Positions 23,406 to 35,214 are shown, counted from the first letter of the whole stretch. The stretch is DNA of 63,844 bases, filler included, from Octopus bimaculoides (GCF_001194135.2; 8 parts of 7 records of this genome joined end to end with filler, not necessarily neighbours in it); one strand, 5' to 3'. Program-made: numbers and translations. Notes: a model not told the origin generated them from the sequence alone.

Positions 23406-26023
23406 CCTGGTGCAGACAGTATTTCAGAACAGATATATAGTTTTTAAAAAGCGCTTATATAAAAGCAGGAAAAAAACCGTATTTTTACGAAAATATCAAG
23501 CATAAAGCTAAATTGTCAACTTAATTTCATTCAATAAAACCACCATAGGCATAATTAACTGCCTCTACGTGGGGTCAAAATCATTTACAAGCTTGGATGA
23601 AGTGGTCCTTTTTCATATGGGACATGACTCAAACTGTGGTGGCTTTCAAAGAATCTTTGGTGCCATGGGGGTGTTCATTGACATTTTTCTTAATGACGCT
23701 CCTTACATAGTAGTCCAAGTGGACTGAGATCTGAAGAATTAGAAGGCCAAATGTTGAGGGTGATGTGATCATGCAAACTGTCGGCCATCCGTTCTTGTAT
23801 CATTTGAGCCTTGTGTGATGGTGCAGAATCTTGTTGAAAGACATAAGGTCTTCAATTGCATACACTGTTGATCAAAAGCTTAACAACTTTATTCAGAACC
23901 TTAATATATGCAGCAGCATTCACCTTAAGGCCTTGTGAAAAAAAATGAGGAGGCATCACATGTCCTTCATTGCTTACAACACCCAAAACCATGACGCTTG
24001 CAGGAAATTTTGTGTGCACTACTCTTGGAACCTCAGAAAGGTCAGCACATAACCATCTGTCAGTTTTCTGGTCCTGGTGAAAGTTTTTCTCATCTGGAAA
24101 AATCAAATCACAAAAATCCATCTTCTGATAGATTTGTAAGTTGTTCAACAGTTTTCTGTTGCTTTTTCTGACATGAATTGACATCTCTTCATCATGTAAG
24201 ATTTGTATCTGATGTCCTCATACACACCATTTCTGATTGTTTTTCTGACACACGAACTTTTTTTGCAGTTGACCTCATTCATTTTCCTGGATTGTCTTCA
24301 ATGTTTTGCTTAACTTCCTGAATAAATTCAGGTGTCCTAATAGAATCGGAGCATTTGGAATATTTTTTACATTTTGATACAGATAATATACTTCCATATT
24401 CTTTCTCTAACTCACACTTGTGGACAAAAGGTCATGCAATTTTCAGAAAATGAGAAATTTCTAAATCAGCATGCTTAGCTTTCAAAGCCACAATCACAGC
24501 ATGACTTTTCATTTCCTTAGTAAGCATAGGGCCTGTCATTCTTAGAGGAGAAGTTTCAGGTGTGGAAGCAAGGTCTAGAATTGAAGGGCCTTAGAGTCAA
24601 CCTAGCTAAAACCAAAATCCTAATAAGTAGGAAGGTAGATAAAACACAAACCCCTTCAGGTAGATGGCCCTGCTCAGTATGTAGAAAAGGAGTAGGTAGT
24701 AACTCTATAAGATGTACCCGGTGCAAGCTATGGACACATAAGAGGTGCAGCAACATCAAAGGCAGGTTAACTAGCAAGTTAGTTTTTGTTTGTGGCAGAT
24801 GTTCAGGTGCAATAAAGACTGCAAACAAACAGGAAACAACTTCTATCTCATTCCAGGGTGAAAAACTTGAGGTAGTCGATAGCTTCCGCTATCTGGGCGA
24901 CCAAGTNNNNNNNNNNNNNNNNNNNNNNNNNNNNNNNNNNNNNNNNNNNNNNNNNNNNNNNNNNNNNNNNNNNNNNNNNNNNNNNNNNNNNNNNNNNNNN
25001 NNNNNNNNNNNNNNNNNNNNNNNNNNNNNNNNNNNNNNNNNNNNNNNNNNNNNNNNNNNNNNNNNNNNNNNNNNNNNNNNNNNNNNNNNNNNNNNNNNNN
25101 NNNNNNNNNNNNNNNNNNNNNNNNNNNNNNNNNNNNNNNNNNNNNNNNNNNNNNNNNNNNNNNNNNNNNNNNNNNNNNNNNNNNNNNNNNNNNNNNNNNN
25201 NNNNNNNNNNNNNNNNNNNNNNNNNNNNNNNNNNNNNNNNNNNNNNNNNNNNNNNNNNNNNNNNNNNNNNNNNNNNNNNNNNNNNNNNNNNNNNNNNNNN
25301 NNNNNNNNNNNNNNNNNNNNNNNNNNNNNNNNNNNNNNNNNNNNNNNNNNNNNNNNNNNNNNNNNNNNNNNNNNNNNNNNNNNNNNNNNNNNNNNNNNNN
25401 NNNNNNNNNNNNNNNNNNNNNNNNNNNNNNNNNNNNNNNNNNNNNNNNNNNNNNNNNNNNNNNNNNNNNNNNNNNNNNNNNNNNNNNNNNNNNNNNNNNN
25501 NNNNNNNNNNNNNNNNNNNNNNNNNNNNNNNNNNNNNNNNNNNNNNNNNNNNNNNNNNNNNNNNNNNNNNNNNNNNNNNNNNNNNNNNNNNNNNNNNNNN
25601 NNNNNNNNNNNNNNNNNNNNNNNNNNNNNNNNNNNNNNNNNNNNNNNNNNNNNNNNNNNNNNNNNNNNNNNNNNNNNNNNNNNNNNNNNNNNNNNNNNNN
25701 NNNNNNNNNNNNNNGGCACATAAAAGACACCATTTCGAGCGTGGCCGTTTTCGTGCGGGTGACACGTAAAAGCACCCACTACACTCTCTGAGTGGTTGGC
25801 GTTAGGAAGGGCATCCAGCTGTAGAAACTCTGCCAAATCAGACTGGAGCCTGGTGTTGCCATCCGGTTTCACCAGTCCTCAGTCAAATCGTCCAACCCAT
25901 GCTAGCATGGAAAGCGGACGTTAAACGATGATGATGATGATGATGATGAGAAGTTCAATAGAAATTAGTCAAATAAAATAATGACTAAAAGTGCATGTGT
26001 CCTCAAATACCAACTGCACCCTG
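23406..26023 (-). mobile_element. Tc1/mariner maT-type (DD37D) transposon interrupted by an RTE
   Basis: Degenerate TIRs (TA)CCTGGTGCAG and CTGCACCCTG(TA). Transposase FPDEK...VMVLGVVS...FQQDSAPSH...DLSPL(D)Y; I count 37 residues between the 2nd and 3rd D, allowing one frameshift. Confidence 0.8.
24556..25947 (+). mobile_element. 5'-truncated RTE LINE with PHD finger (middle in gap)
   Basis: VNLAKTK...WPCSVCRKGVGSNSIRCTRCKLWTHKRC...FVCGRC...FRYLG; tail GGACGTTAAAC(GAT)n; GAGAAGTT at 24548 and 25948 is a TSD/microhomology. Confidence 0.9.
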
Positions 26024-26067
26024 TATATTTTGAGAAAAATGTCAATGAACACCCCCATAGCACCAAA

Positions 26068-27470
26068 TGAAATGTCATATTTGAAAAGTAACAATCAAAT
26101 GTTTCAGAAGTGTTAGAGAACTGATTTATTTAATCAACGTATGATCCATGTTCATTTATGATGTTTACCCAATGTTTCTCTCAGTCATATATTCCATCTT
26201 TAAAAAAAAATTCATCGTTTGCTATGATAAACTGTCCGAATGCTTCAATTACCTTTTCTCTATTTAAGAATGTTTTATTGCTTATGAAAAGCTCAAAATG
26301 CTTAAATAAGTGATGATCAGTAGGAGAGATATCAGAGGAATAGGGAGGATGTTGCAAAATCTCATAATTCAGGCTTTTGGACCATAGCTTGAGTAGTGTG
26401 AGGGCGTGCATTGTCGGGGAGCAAAATTGGGCCATCTCTATTCACTAGTCTGGGTTGCTTTTTTTTCAAATTCTCATGCATATAATCAATTTCCTGGCAA
26501 TACAATGTTGCTGTTACCATTTTTCCTTGTTGCAAAAATGGATAATGAATAACTCCCTTCACAGACCACCATATGGTGACCACACCACTAACTTTTTAGT
26601 GCAATGGTGGGTTTGGGTAATATTTAGGTGACTCTTCTGCATCTAATCACTATCATGTTCTCCTGCTGTTGTCAAAGAGTATCCATTTCTCATCACAAGT
26701 AATGATTTGATGCAAAAATGGTCTTTTTCCAGTCGAGAAAGCAGTAAGAAGCACACTTCGAGGCGTCTGTTTTTTTTAATCTCATTCAGTTGATGTGGAA
26801 TAAACCTATCTGTCTTTTTGACTTTTCCAATTTTTTACAGGTGTCCAAAAACAGTTGTATGAGAAGTCTGGAGTTCTGATGAATGTTTTTGAACCTTTGT
26901 TCTCGGATTTTGTTCAACCAAAGCATTTAATCCATCATGCCGTATAACTGATTTTGGCCTACTCCTTGGTTTATTTTCAAGGCTATCATCTCCTGAATGA
27001 GAGCTTTGAAACCAGCTATGAACAGTTTTGATGTCAACAAAACCGTTACCAAAGGCCTGCTTTATATTCTGTAGACCTTCTGTGGCAGAGTGATCCAGTT
27101 TGTACTCATGCCAGCGCTGCCATGACTGGCTTCCGTGCTGGTGGCACATAAAAAGCACCAACCGATCGTGGTCATTGCCAGCCTCCTCTGGCCACTGTAC
27201 CAGTGGCATGTAAAAAGTACCCACTACACTCTCGGAGTGGTTGGCATCAGGAGGGGCATCCAGCTGTAGAAACACTACCAGATCAGACTGGAGCCTGGTG
27301 GAGCCTCCTGGCTTTCCACACCCCAGTCGAACCATCCAAGTCATGCCAGCATGGAAAATGGACAGTAAACGATGATGATGATATATATGTAGACACAATT
27401 TGACTGTAATAGTTAAAAAGTTTTTACTCTACAACTACAGTATTCTCTGTTCAATCCTGCTGTATAGCAT
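26068..27470 (-). mobile_element. Degraded mariner (DD34D) transposon
   Basis: HTH-region ...WFQ...SLENKPRS, catalytic DNARPH and HPPYSSDISPTDHHLF; split by an RTE tail. Confidence 0.8.
27100..27385 (+). mobile_element. RTE 3' tail inserted in the mariner
   Basis: Aligns to 25730-25947 and ends GTAAAC(GAT)n. Confidence 0.8.
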
Positions 27471-27805
27471 ATTAGGCAAAAGTTATTTTCTATACCCTTG
27501 GATCCACCCATAACTTGTGAGTAAAATTGGGTGGATAGAAATTTTATAGCAGTACACTGGGTAGATTGTAATCATAAGTCAAAAGCTACAACTTTGTCAC
27601 ATAGTCTCACATTGATTCTGCATGAGAATTACATTAAAAGTACACAGGTTAGTGAAATGCTTGACCACTAACAGGTTAATTCAGAGTCAGATAATCCAGT
27701 TGATTGAATATCAGACATTGTGTGCTAGTGCACACATATATGTGCGTGTGTACATGTGTGTGTGAGTGTATGTATCTGTGTACATCATATTTATAACAGT
27801 TATAT

Positions 27806-27950
27806 AGGCACAGTTGCTTCCCAACCACATGGTTTTGGGTTCAGTCCCACTGTGTGGCACCTTAGGTAAGTGTCTTCTACTATAGGCCCTGGTTAACGAA
27901 AGTGTTGTGCGAGCATTTGAGAGATAGAAACTGGAAGAAGCCTGTCATAT
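27806..27950 (+). mobile_element. 5' half of SINE family B
   Basis: GCTTCCCAACCACATGG...CACCTTAGGTAAGTGTCTTCTACTATAG. Confidence 0.7.
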
Positions 27951-28195
27951 GTATGCATGTATGTATGCTTGTGAGAGTGTGTGTATGTTTGTGTCTTTTT
28001 GTTTTAAAATTATGTGATTATTATAAATGAATGTTGTTCATTTTGAATATTTTGCAAAAATGTTTGGCCACTGGAGAAATATTACCTTGCTTGGAAAAAA
28101 TTCAGTGTCAATGATTGGAAAGACATCTGGTCATAGAAAGATCTGGCTCAAATAAACTTCCATGCAAGTAGGGACATTAAAACAATCTTTGATCT

Positions 28196-28400
28196 TTCTT
28201 TTACTTGTTTCAGTCATTAGTCTGTGGCCATGTTGGGGAACTACCTTGAAGAATTTTAGTTGAACAAATTTATCCCAAAACTTATTTTTTTTTAAGCCTG
28301 GTACTTAGTTTATCATTCTCTTTTGCTGAACCACTAAGTTATGGAGCGTAAACACACCAACACTGGTTGTCAAGCAGTGGTGGGTGACAAACACAGGTAG

Positions 28401-28440
<40 letters not shown>

Positions 28441-28498
28441 GTGCGCATGTGACAGACATCTTTCATTTTCTGTCTACCAAATCCACTAAGCCTTTTGC
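28196..28498 (-). mobile_element. SINE family B lacking its head
   Basis: Tail, internal (CA)n and core match the other copies. Confidence 0.75.
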
Positions 28499-28630
28499 CT
28501 AGTGTGATAACGATTCTTATTTCTTTATTGCCCACAAGGGGCTAAAGTGTGATAATGATTCTGTTAGTGTGATAACAATTCTGCTAGCTCACCACCTTAG
28601 TTCTCAATTAATATTAAGAAGATAACTTAC

Positions 28631-28882
28631 CATTTCCAAGAAGGGTAACATTAACTGAACCACTTAGAGTGCCACAAGATACATCAATGTACTGGTTACT
28701 ATGTACTGGACAATTTTCTAATTTGGATGACTCTTGAGCAGTGGGGTTTTCAAGATTGATGTCTTCAGGAGTTAAATCTTTGCATTTGTCATTGTTTCTG
28801 TTCATGAGGACTTGCTTTGCAATGTCAGTTATTTTGTTAAATTCTATATATGAACAGACAACACAAGTTTTACCTGCAACAC
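28631..28882 (-). CDS. Internal coding exon of the Ly6/uPAR (quiver-like) gene
   Basis: Acceptor TTTCTATTATTGTAG|GT, donor AATG|GTAAGT, 252 nt, phase 1-1. Encodes (G)VAGKTCVVCSY...DKC...ENCP...VSCGTLSGSVNVTLLGN and splices in frame to 21325. Confidence 0.85.
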
Positions 28883-28934
28883 CTACAATAATAGAAATAG
28901 TGATCAGCACACAATAACAACAGCAACAACAAGA

Positions 28935-29245
28935 GTAAAAATTTCTAATTTTGGCACAGACCCAGCAATTTCATGGAGAGTGCTTAGCTGATTACATTGA
29001 CCCTGGGGTTCAACTTATTTTATTATACCTGAAAATTTAAAAAGGTGAGGTCTACTTTGGTGGAATTTGTAAAGAGGTGGAAGTAATATCATTAAGCATC
29101 TTGTCCAACATGCTAATGATCTTGTCAGCTTATCACACACACATACACACACCACCACCATTACCACCACCACCACCACCACCACCACAAATGGTTTCAA
29201 ATTTTGCCACAAGGGCAGCAGTTGTTGAGGAGGGGATAAGTTGAT
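28935..29245 (-). mobile_element. Degenerate SINE family C copy plus a second tail
   Basis: AGATCATTAGCATGTTGGACAAGATGCTTA head-like sequence; GCCCTTGTGGCAAAATTTGAAACC tail. Confidence 0.55.
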
Positions 29246-30250
29246 TACACTTCCCCTTCTATTTCGTCAAATGATTCAAGTAATATGTCTCTAAATCTCT
29301 GTCCATTTGCAGGATCTTTAAGCTTCCAAACCCTTCTCCTCCAAGCTGGTCTACTTCTGGGCATCCATTTTGCCTTGATCCTGAAGTCACTAACTACTAA
29401 TCTGTGTTGAGGGGTACATTCTTCGCCAGGGAAGGTTTTGGCATTTATAAGCCGCCTTCTTTCCCTATTTCTGGCGAGTATGTAGTCGATTTGGCTAGTG
29501 TGTCTGCTGGAACGGTAGGTGACTAGGTGACAGGCAGGTTTCCTGAAGTTGGTATTGCAAACCATAAGATCATTTGCATCACAGAACTCCAGCAGTCTGG
29601 TTCCTCCTCATTGCAGAACCGAAGCCGTAGCCTCCATGTATGCCATGGAAGTCCCCTGCATGTCGTCCAACACGACCATTGAAATCACCAGCCACAAAGA
29701 GAAGGTTCCTGCCATTCTTCAATGAGGTAGTTTGCAAGAGGGTGTTGTAGAATTGGTCTTTCTGCCCATCCAGTAGCCCCAGTCGAGGGGCATAGGCCGA
29801 GATGACGGTAGCTAACCTATGGTGAAGCACTAGTCTAATCTTAAGTACTCTGTCACATACTCTGACTACCTCGATTACCTTATCGACCCATTTCTCTGCT
29901 AGAAGTATTCCCACGCCCCCGACCCCGTCAGTGTTCCCTGCCCAGAAAATCTTGTACCTGTGTTCTTTGCCTGTGAGGAACCTCACGGAACCTCCTCTCC
30001 ACCTTACTTCTTGGATGCAGCACAAATCTACGGGTCTCTGTTCAAGCATCTCAACAATCTCACCAGACCTACCTTTCAGTGTGCCAACGTTGAGAGTGCC
30101 AATTCTGATGGTGTGGGTGTTGGAGGTGTGTGCCTGTGAGACCCTGGGATGGGGAAAAGCAGTGTCGTGTACCTGAAAAGAAAGCTTGCATTTGGCAGAA
30201 TTCATAAACAAAACAATGCCTACAACCTGCACACACTACACAATCTTTAT
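29245..30250 (-). mobile_element. RTE LINE 5' part (APE endonuclease), 3'-truncated
   Basis: IRIGTLNVGTL...LCCIQEVRW...GVGILL...SAYAP...GDFNG...QIDYIL...PQHRLVVSDF. Confidence 0.9.
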
Positions 30251-30645
30251 GCGCTATAAGATCGATAAAACCCAGGGTAGGGGANNNNNNNNNNNNNNNN
30301 NNNNNNNNNNNNNNNNNNNNNNNNNNNNNNNNNNNNNNNNNNNNNNNNNNNNNNNNNNNNNNNNNNNNNNNNNNNNNNNNNNNNNNNNNNNNNNNNNNNN
30401 NNNNNNNNNNNNNNNNNNNNNNNNNNNNNNNNNNNNNNNNNNNNNNNNTAAAAGAACGATAAACTTGAATAAAGTAAAGAAAAAATAAATAAGTGAAGCG
30501 TGGCAAATAAAAGGAATGCATGAATTTAAGACAAAATGGCTGATCGTTAGTAAGGAGGGACACACAAATAAGAAAGAAGAAAGCAAAGGACCACTGATGA
30601 GGTCACAGAAATGTGACAAAAGAACTCTGGCCGAAATACAATTAA

Positions 30646-30835
30646 TCTATAATATAAATTGAAGTTGGCCGACCATTGTATTCTTTCTTGTCTTGAGGTT
30701 CACGGCCAAACGGCTGGGTGGATTCGCATGAAAAATGGCACACATGTGGAGACGGGTGCATAGATTGGAATGCGCTTTCTATTTTTTCCATAGCCCCCAT
30801 ACTTACAGAGAAAATCGATTAAAACAACCTGCGTG
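30646..30835 (+). mobile_element. Non-autonomous Helitron-like 5' end
   Basis: A|TCTATAATATAAATT followed by AAACGGCTGGGTGGATT, similar to HINE/Lep1-type 5' ends. Confidence 0.5.
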
Positions 30836-31432
30836 CATGTGAGTGTGTGTCACTGAAGTCATTCATACATATATTGATTAATAAATAAATAAACTGAATG
30901 ATAAATTTCAGTTATCTCTCTCTTTTTTCTTTCTCTCTCTCTCTCTCTTTCATATACACATACACCATCAACATTACTCTCTCTCTCGCACACACCCCAT
31001 CAAACATACACACTCACACACACATAGACATACACACGCACATCAATTCTCCCCTCTCACCAAAACTTCAAAAGAAGTTCAGTCATAAAACTGTCCTTGT
31101 ATCTTCAATCGATGCCCACTTCAAAAGATCGCCTTTCCTTTTCACTTGTCCGGACATTGATCGAGAGATAAAACACAAACCAACTCCTGCTAAATGCAAA
31201 AATCCCACCAAAAATACACACACATACACACACAGACATTTCATGTCTTTCAGTTTCTCTATGATTATACACGCGTNNNNNNNNNNNNNNNNNNNNNNNN
31301 NNNNNNNNNNNNNNNNNNNNTTAATTAATTAANNNNNNNNNNNNNNNNNNNNNNNNNNNNNNNNNNNNNNNNNNNNAGGAAACAAATAGAGAAAATGAAA
31401 AAAAAAACAAAAAAAAAACGGAGAGAATAACA

Positions 31433-31473
<41 letters not shown>

Positions 31474-31474
31474 A

Positions 31475-31820
31475 TACTTTACTTGTTTCAGTCTGTGGCC
31501 ATGCTGGGGCACTGCCTCGAAGAATCATTTTAGACGAACGAATCGACTCCAGTATTTATTTTTAAAGCCTGGTACTTATTCTGTCGTTCTGCCAACACAC
31601 CAACGTCGGTTGTCAAGCAGTAGTAACACACACACACACATACAAACACGCGCACATATACGACGGGCTTCGTTCAGTTTCTGTCTACCAGATCCTCTCA
31701 TCAGGCTTTGGTGGGCCTGAAGCTGGAGCAGATAACACTTGCTCAAGATGCAACACCGTGGGACTGAACCTGGAACCATATGGTTGGGACGCAAACTCCT
31801 TACCACACAGCCATGCCTGA
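31475..31820 (-). mobile_element. SINE family B with internal deletion
   Basis: Head, core, internal repeat and tail all align to 9443 and 46503. Confidence 0.8.
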
Positions 31821-31822
31821 GC

Positions 31823-31856
<34 letters not shown>

Positions 31857-32007
31857 AATGCATACACAGACACATACACAATGAGCTTATTGTATATTGT
31901 GCAAAAGTGGTCACTGATAGCAGTAATAAGTCATGTATAAAAAGACAGTTATGAGGAAAAAGTGCATGTGCAGAACATAGAATAGAACACAAGAAGACAG
32001 AAAAGTA

Positions 32008-32039
<32 letters not shown>

Positions 32040-32043
<4 letters not shown>

Positions 32044-32180
32044 GAAAGAGACAGGTTAATAGGTTCCACTCTTGATATCGGGCTTCACTTACAGCTTGTA
32101 TTTCCAGTTGGAAGTCCCCATCTTATCCAGAATACCGATCTACTAGAAGCTCTCCAGAGACGTGCAACCAGACAAGTAGC
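32040..32180 (+). mobile_element. CR1/L2-type LINE fragment (post-RT region)
   Basis: SPHLIQNTDLLEALQRRATR resembles the CR1/L2 WSP...LE.VQRRATR motif. Confidence 0.6.
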
Positions 32181-32503
32181 TTTTACAGTCATATATACAC
32201 ACACACACATATATATATANNNNNNNNNNNNNNNNNNNNNNNNNNNNNNNNNNNNNNNNNNNNNNNNNNNNNNNNNNNNNNNNNNNNNNNNNNNNNNNNN
32301 NNNNNNNNNNNNNNNNNNNNNNNNNNNNNNNNNNNNNNNNNNNNNNNNNNNNNNNNNNNNNNNNNNNNNNNNNNNNNNNNNNNNNNNNNNNNNNNNNNNN
32401 NNNNNNNNNNNNNNNNNNNNNNNNNNNNNNNNNNNNNNNNNNNNNNNNNNNNNNNNNNNNNNNNNNNNNNNNNNNNNNNNNNNNNNNNNNNNNNNNNNNN
32501 NAG

Positions 32504-32677
32504 ATTGTCAGATAAATTCGTTCGTTTCGTTCCAATGTTATTTGAATTAAACGAAAAATATTATTGTAGTGTTTTGTGGGTTTCTTTTTTATCTCTATTC
32601 CTCTACAATTTTTGCTTACTGTTTGTGAAATTTGAATAGATTTTCTCTTTTCATACCTATGACTTTGGAGTGCCAAG

Positions 32678-32750
<73 letters not shown>

Positions 32751-33420
32751 AAAAAATGAACATTTTCGACACCTGTTTCTCTTGGCTTTTAATCAAGGTT
32801 TTAAAGCTGCCAAAGCAGGTCGAGACATTTGTGCTGAGTATGGAGAAAATACTCTTGCAGAAAGAACTACACGGAAATGGGCTTCACGTTCCAAGGAGGG
32901 GAAATTCGTCCTCACAAAATCTTCGCATTCCGGCTGACCTATTCAGTGAGAATCGATTGAACAAACTCATCCACAAAGATCCGCGCCTATCCACTAAGGA
33001 ATTGGCTCAGCAAATGGGATGCTCTTTTGATATGGTCGCCCGTCACCTTCATTCAATGGGTAAGGTCCTAAGGCCCCGACCGGTGAAACAGCGTGCTTCT
33101 TCAAAATGACAATGCTCGCCCCAGGTGGCCAATTTGACCAAAAATGCTTTTCAAGATCGTGGTTGGGAAGTTCTACTGCATCCACCTTCTCCTGATATAG
33201 TACCTTCAGATTATTACCTTTTTCAGACACTCTCCAATAGTCTGCGAGGTTCTTTTGTTCAACGACGCTGAAAATGTGGCTCGATGAATTCTTCGAATCA
33301 AGACCAATAATTTCTACAGTCAAGGTAGTGACAAGCTCCTGGGACGTTGGCAAGAGAATTAAAAAACAAATTGTAAATCAAAAATAAGGATTAACGAACG
33401 AATTTATCGGGCAACGCAAT
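32504..33420 (+). mobile_element. Internally deleted mariner with an (AG)n expansion
   Basis: TIRs TTGTCAGATAAATTCGTTCGTT and AACGAACGAATTTATCGGGCAA; HTH N-terminus joined to the DNARP and HP.SPD..PSDYYLF C-terminus. Confidence 0.85.
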
Positions 33421-35214
33421 GTATATATTAATTACAGTGTTGTGCACAAAAATCTATGAGGAGCCGTTAAAAACAAAGTAGGGTAGCTACCATGATGGAA
33501 GCCTAATTCGTGACTGCTTTATGCACCAGCAGAAGTTGGGTACGCCTTCTCGGAAAAGCGTGCAAGAAGCCAGAAAACTATTCGTTAGGAAACTGATTCC
33601 TTTTTCCCGCACATTATAATAGCGTAGAAAAAACATGTTTACGTTATTTAACCTACAGCAAGACTTTGTAATATATATAACACACATACAATTGCATTAA
33701 CATTCTCTAAATCATTATACCGATTTTCAGATTTTAGCTCGAATGATCATTGTATTTGCCGATACATTACGTTCAGTCTGACTTGGTCCACACACCCAAG
33801 AATCTCCCTATTTTGCACATTAGTAGTTCAATGCAACGGTAGCAGTGATAGACAAGAAAACCACGCCAAATAGTAAAACAATAAAATCAGACGACAGTAG
33901 TGATGTTTTGTATTGAGAATTGAGTAGTAATGAAATTTAGAAGGCTAAATTATTCAAAATTAAATAGTTTCCCGATGAGAAGACCCATATTTGCACACAC
34001 ATTTCTGGATGTGTTTATGATATGTTTTATATATTGTTGTTTTGATGGAAAACTGTTTCTAAGCGGAATACAAGCTCATAGAATCTTTGATAGACGTTAT
34101 ACACACACACACACACACACACAGAATAATATCAACTACCATACAACGTAAATCCTTAAGTTATTAAATTTTTCTCCGCCTCAAGAGGAATTATAATTAC
34201 CAAATGCCAATTTAGACCAACTCCATATGAGAAGGGGAGATAATCTCAAGATCCTGAATTCTCCAAAGCTGACATGCCATTAAAAGAAAATAACAGGCTT
34301 ATTGTCAGGAGATAAGAGGACAGTCGTGGACACATTTTTCTGGCCCAACAGCCGTCATCAACTCATCAATTGCCAAATATTATTTCCAGTAGTTACGAAC
34401 GAGCAAACTGGCAGCAATTGTGGAGCGTTGATTTTTGTTGTGTTCGCTCTAAGTGTGTGGCATCCAAGCGCCGAGTTTCGGAACCTTGCCCATTGAGGGA
34501 AGGTGGTTCACCTCAGATTTATTTTAAAATCACAATCCATCTACTCCGCCAATTCTCTGATCATTTGACGTGGATTTTCTGGCCCAACAGCCGTCATCAA
34601 CTCATCAATTACCAAATATTATTTCCAGTAGTTACGAACGTAGGACTTACATTAAAAAGACAAAGAGTAGAGCATAGTGGAACAGTCCAAACGATAACCC
34701 CCACTGGCTTGCCTATTTTGGATACTCTTCGTCATTTGATTGATTTGATGCAAGGAATGCACGAGATTGTGTAAAGATGTGGAAAGTTTTGATATAGACA
34801 CGAAATAACAATTTGGAACTGGAGAGATGAAAGTATAGTATAGACACCGTAGGGTTTTACTCATCGATAACAAGTACCTCCTTCATAAAGACATACGATT
34901 CGCATCTAGGCATACATCTATAACCACAGAAAATTATGGTAAAAAAATATAGTAAATTTTATACGTTCCCACGAGTAGCTGCAACGGCACAGCAGTGTTT
35001 GAACTCGTCGGCCTATTTCTCTTGAGTGAGGTTGCAAAAATGTACTCTGCACATATATTTTAAGAGTCTTAAAAATCTTCCATTTGCGCTGGATTCAGAT
35101 ACAGTTAATTATTGTCTAGATTGGTGTATCTTCTAACCAAGGTTTAAGAAAAGGTGACTGTGAAATATAAATTTATGATAAATAAAAGTCAACTGATAAC
35201 TTTCATTAAGAAAA

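Noticed and set aside
28883-28945. Hydrophobic in-frame extension (VLITISIIV) as the Ly6 signal peptide
   Set aside because: No in-frame ATG before an upstream stop; the T-rich acceptor tract explains the hydrophobicity.
30807-30828. Minus-strand mini-exon (VVLIDFL) as the Ly6 first exon
   Set aside because: It lies in a Helitron-like 5' end, has no ATG and has a weak acceptor.
31050-31190. Minus-strand exon-like segment with ATG ACT GAA CTT...TG|GTGAGA
   Set aside because: Its phase-2 end creates a stop when joined to 28882; it could still be a non-coding exon.
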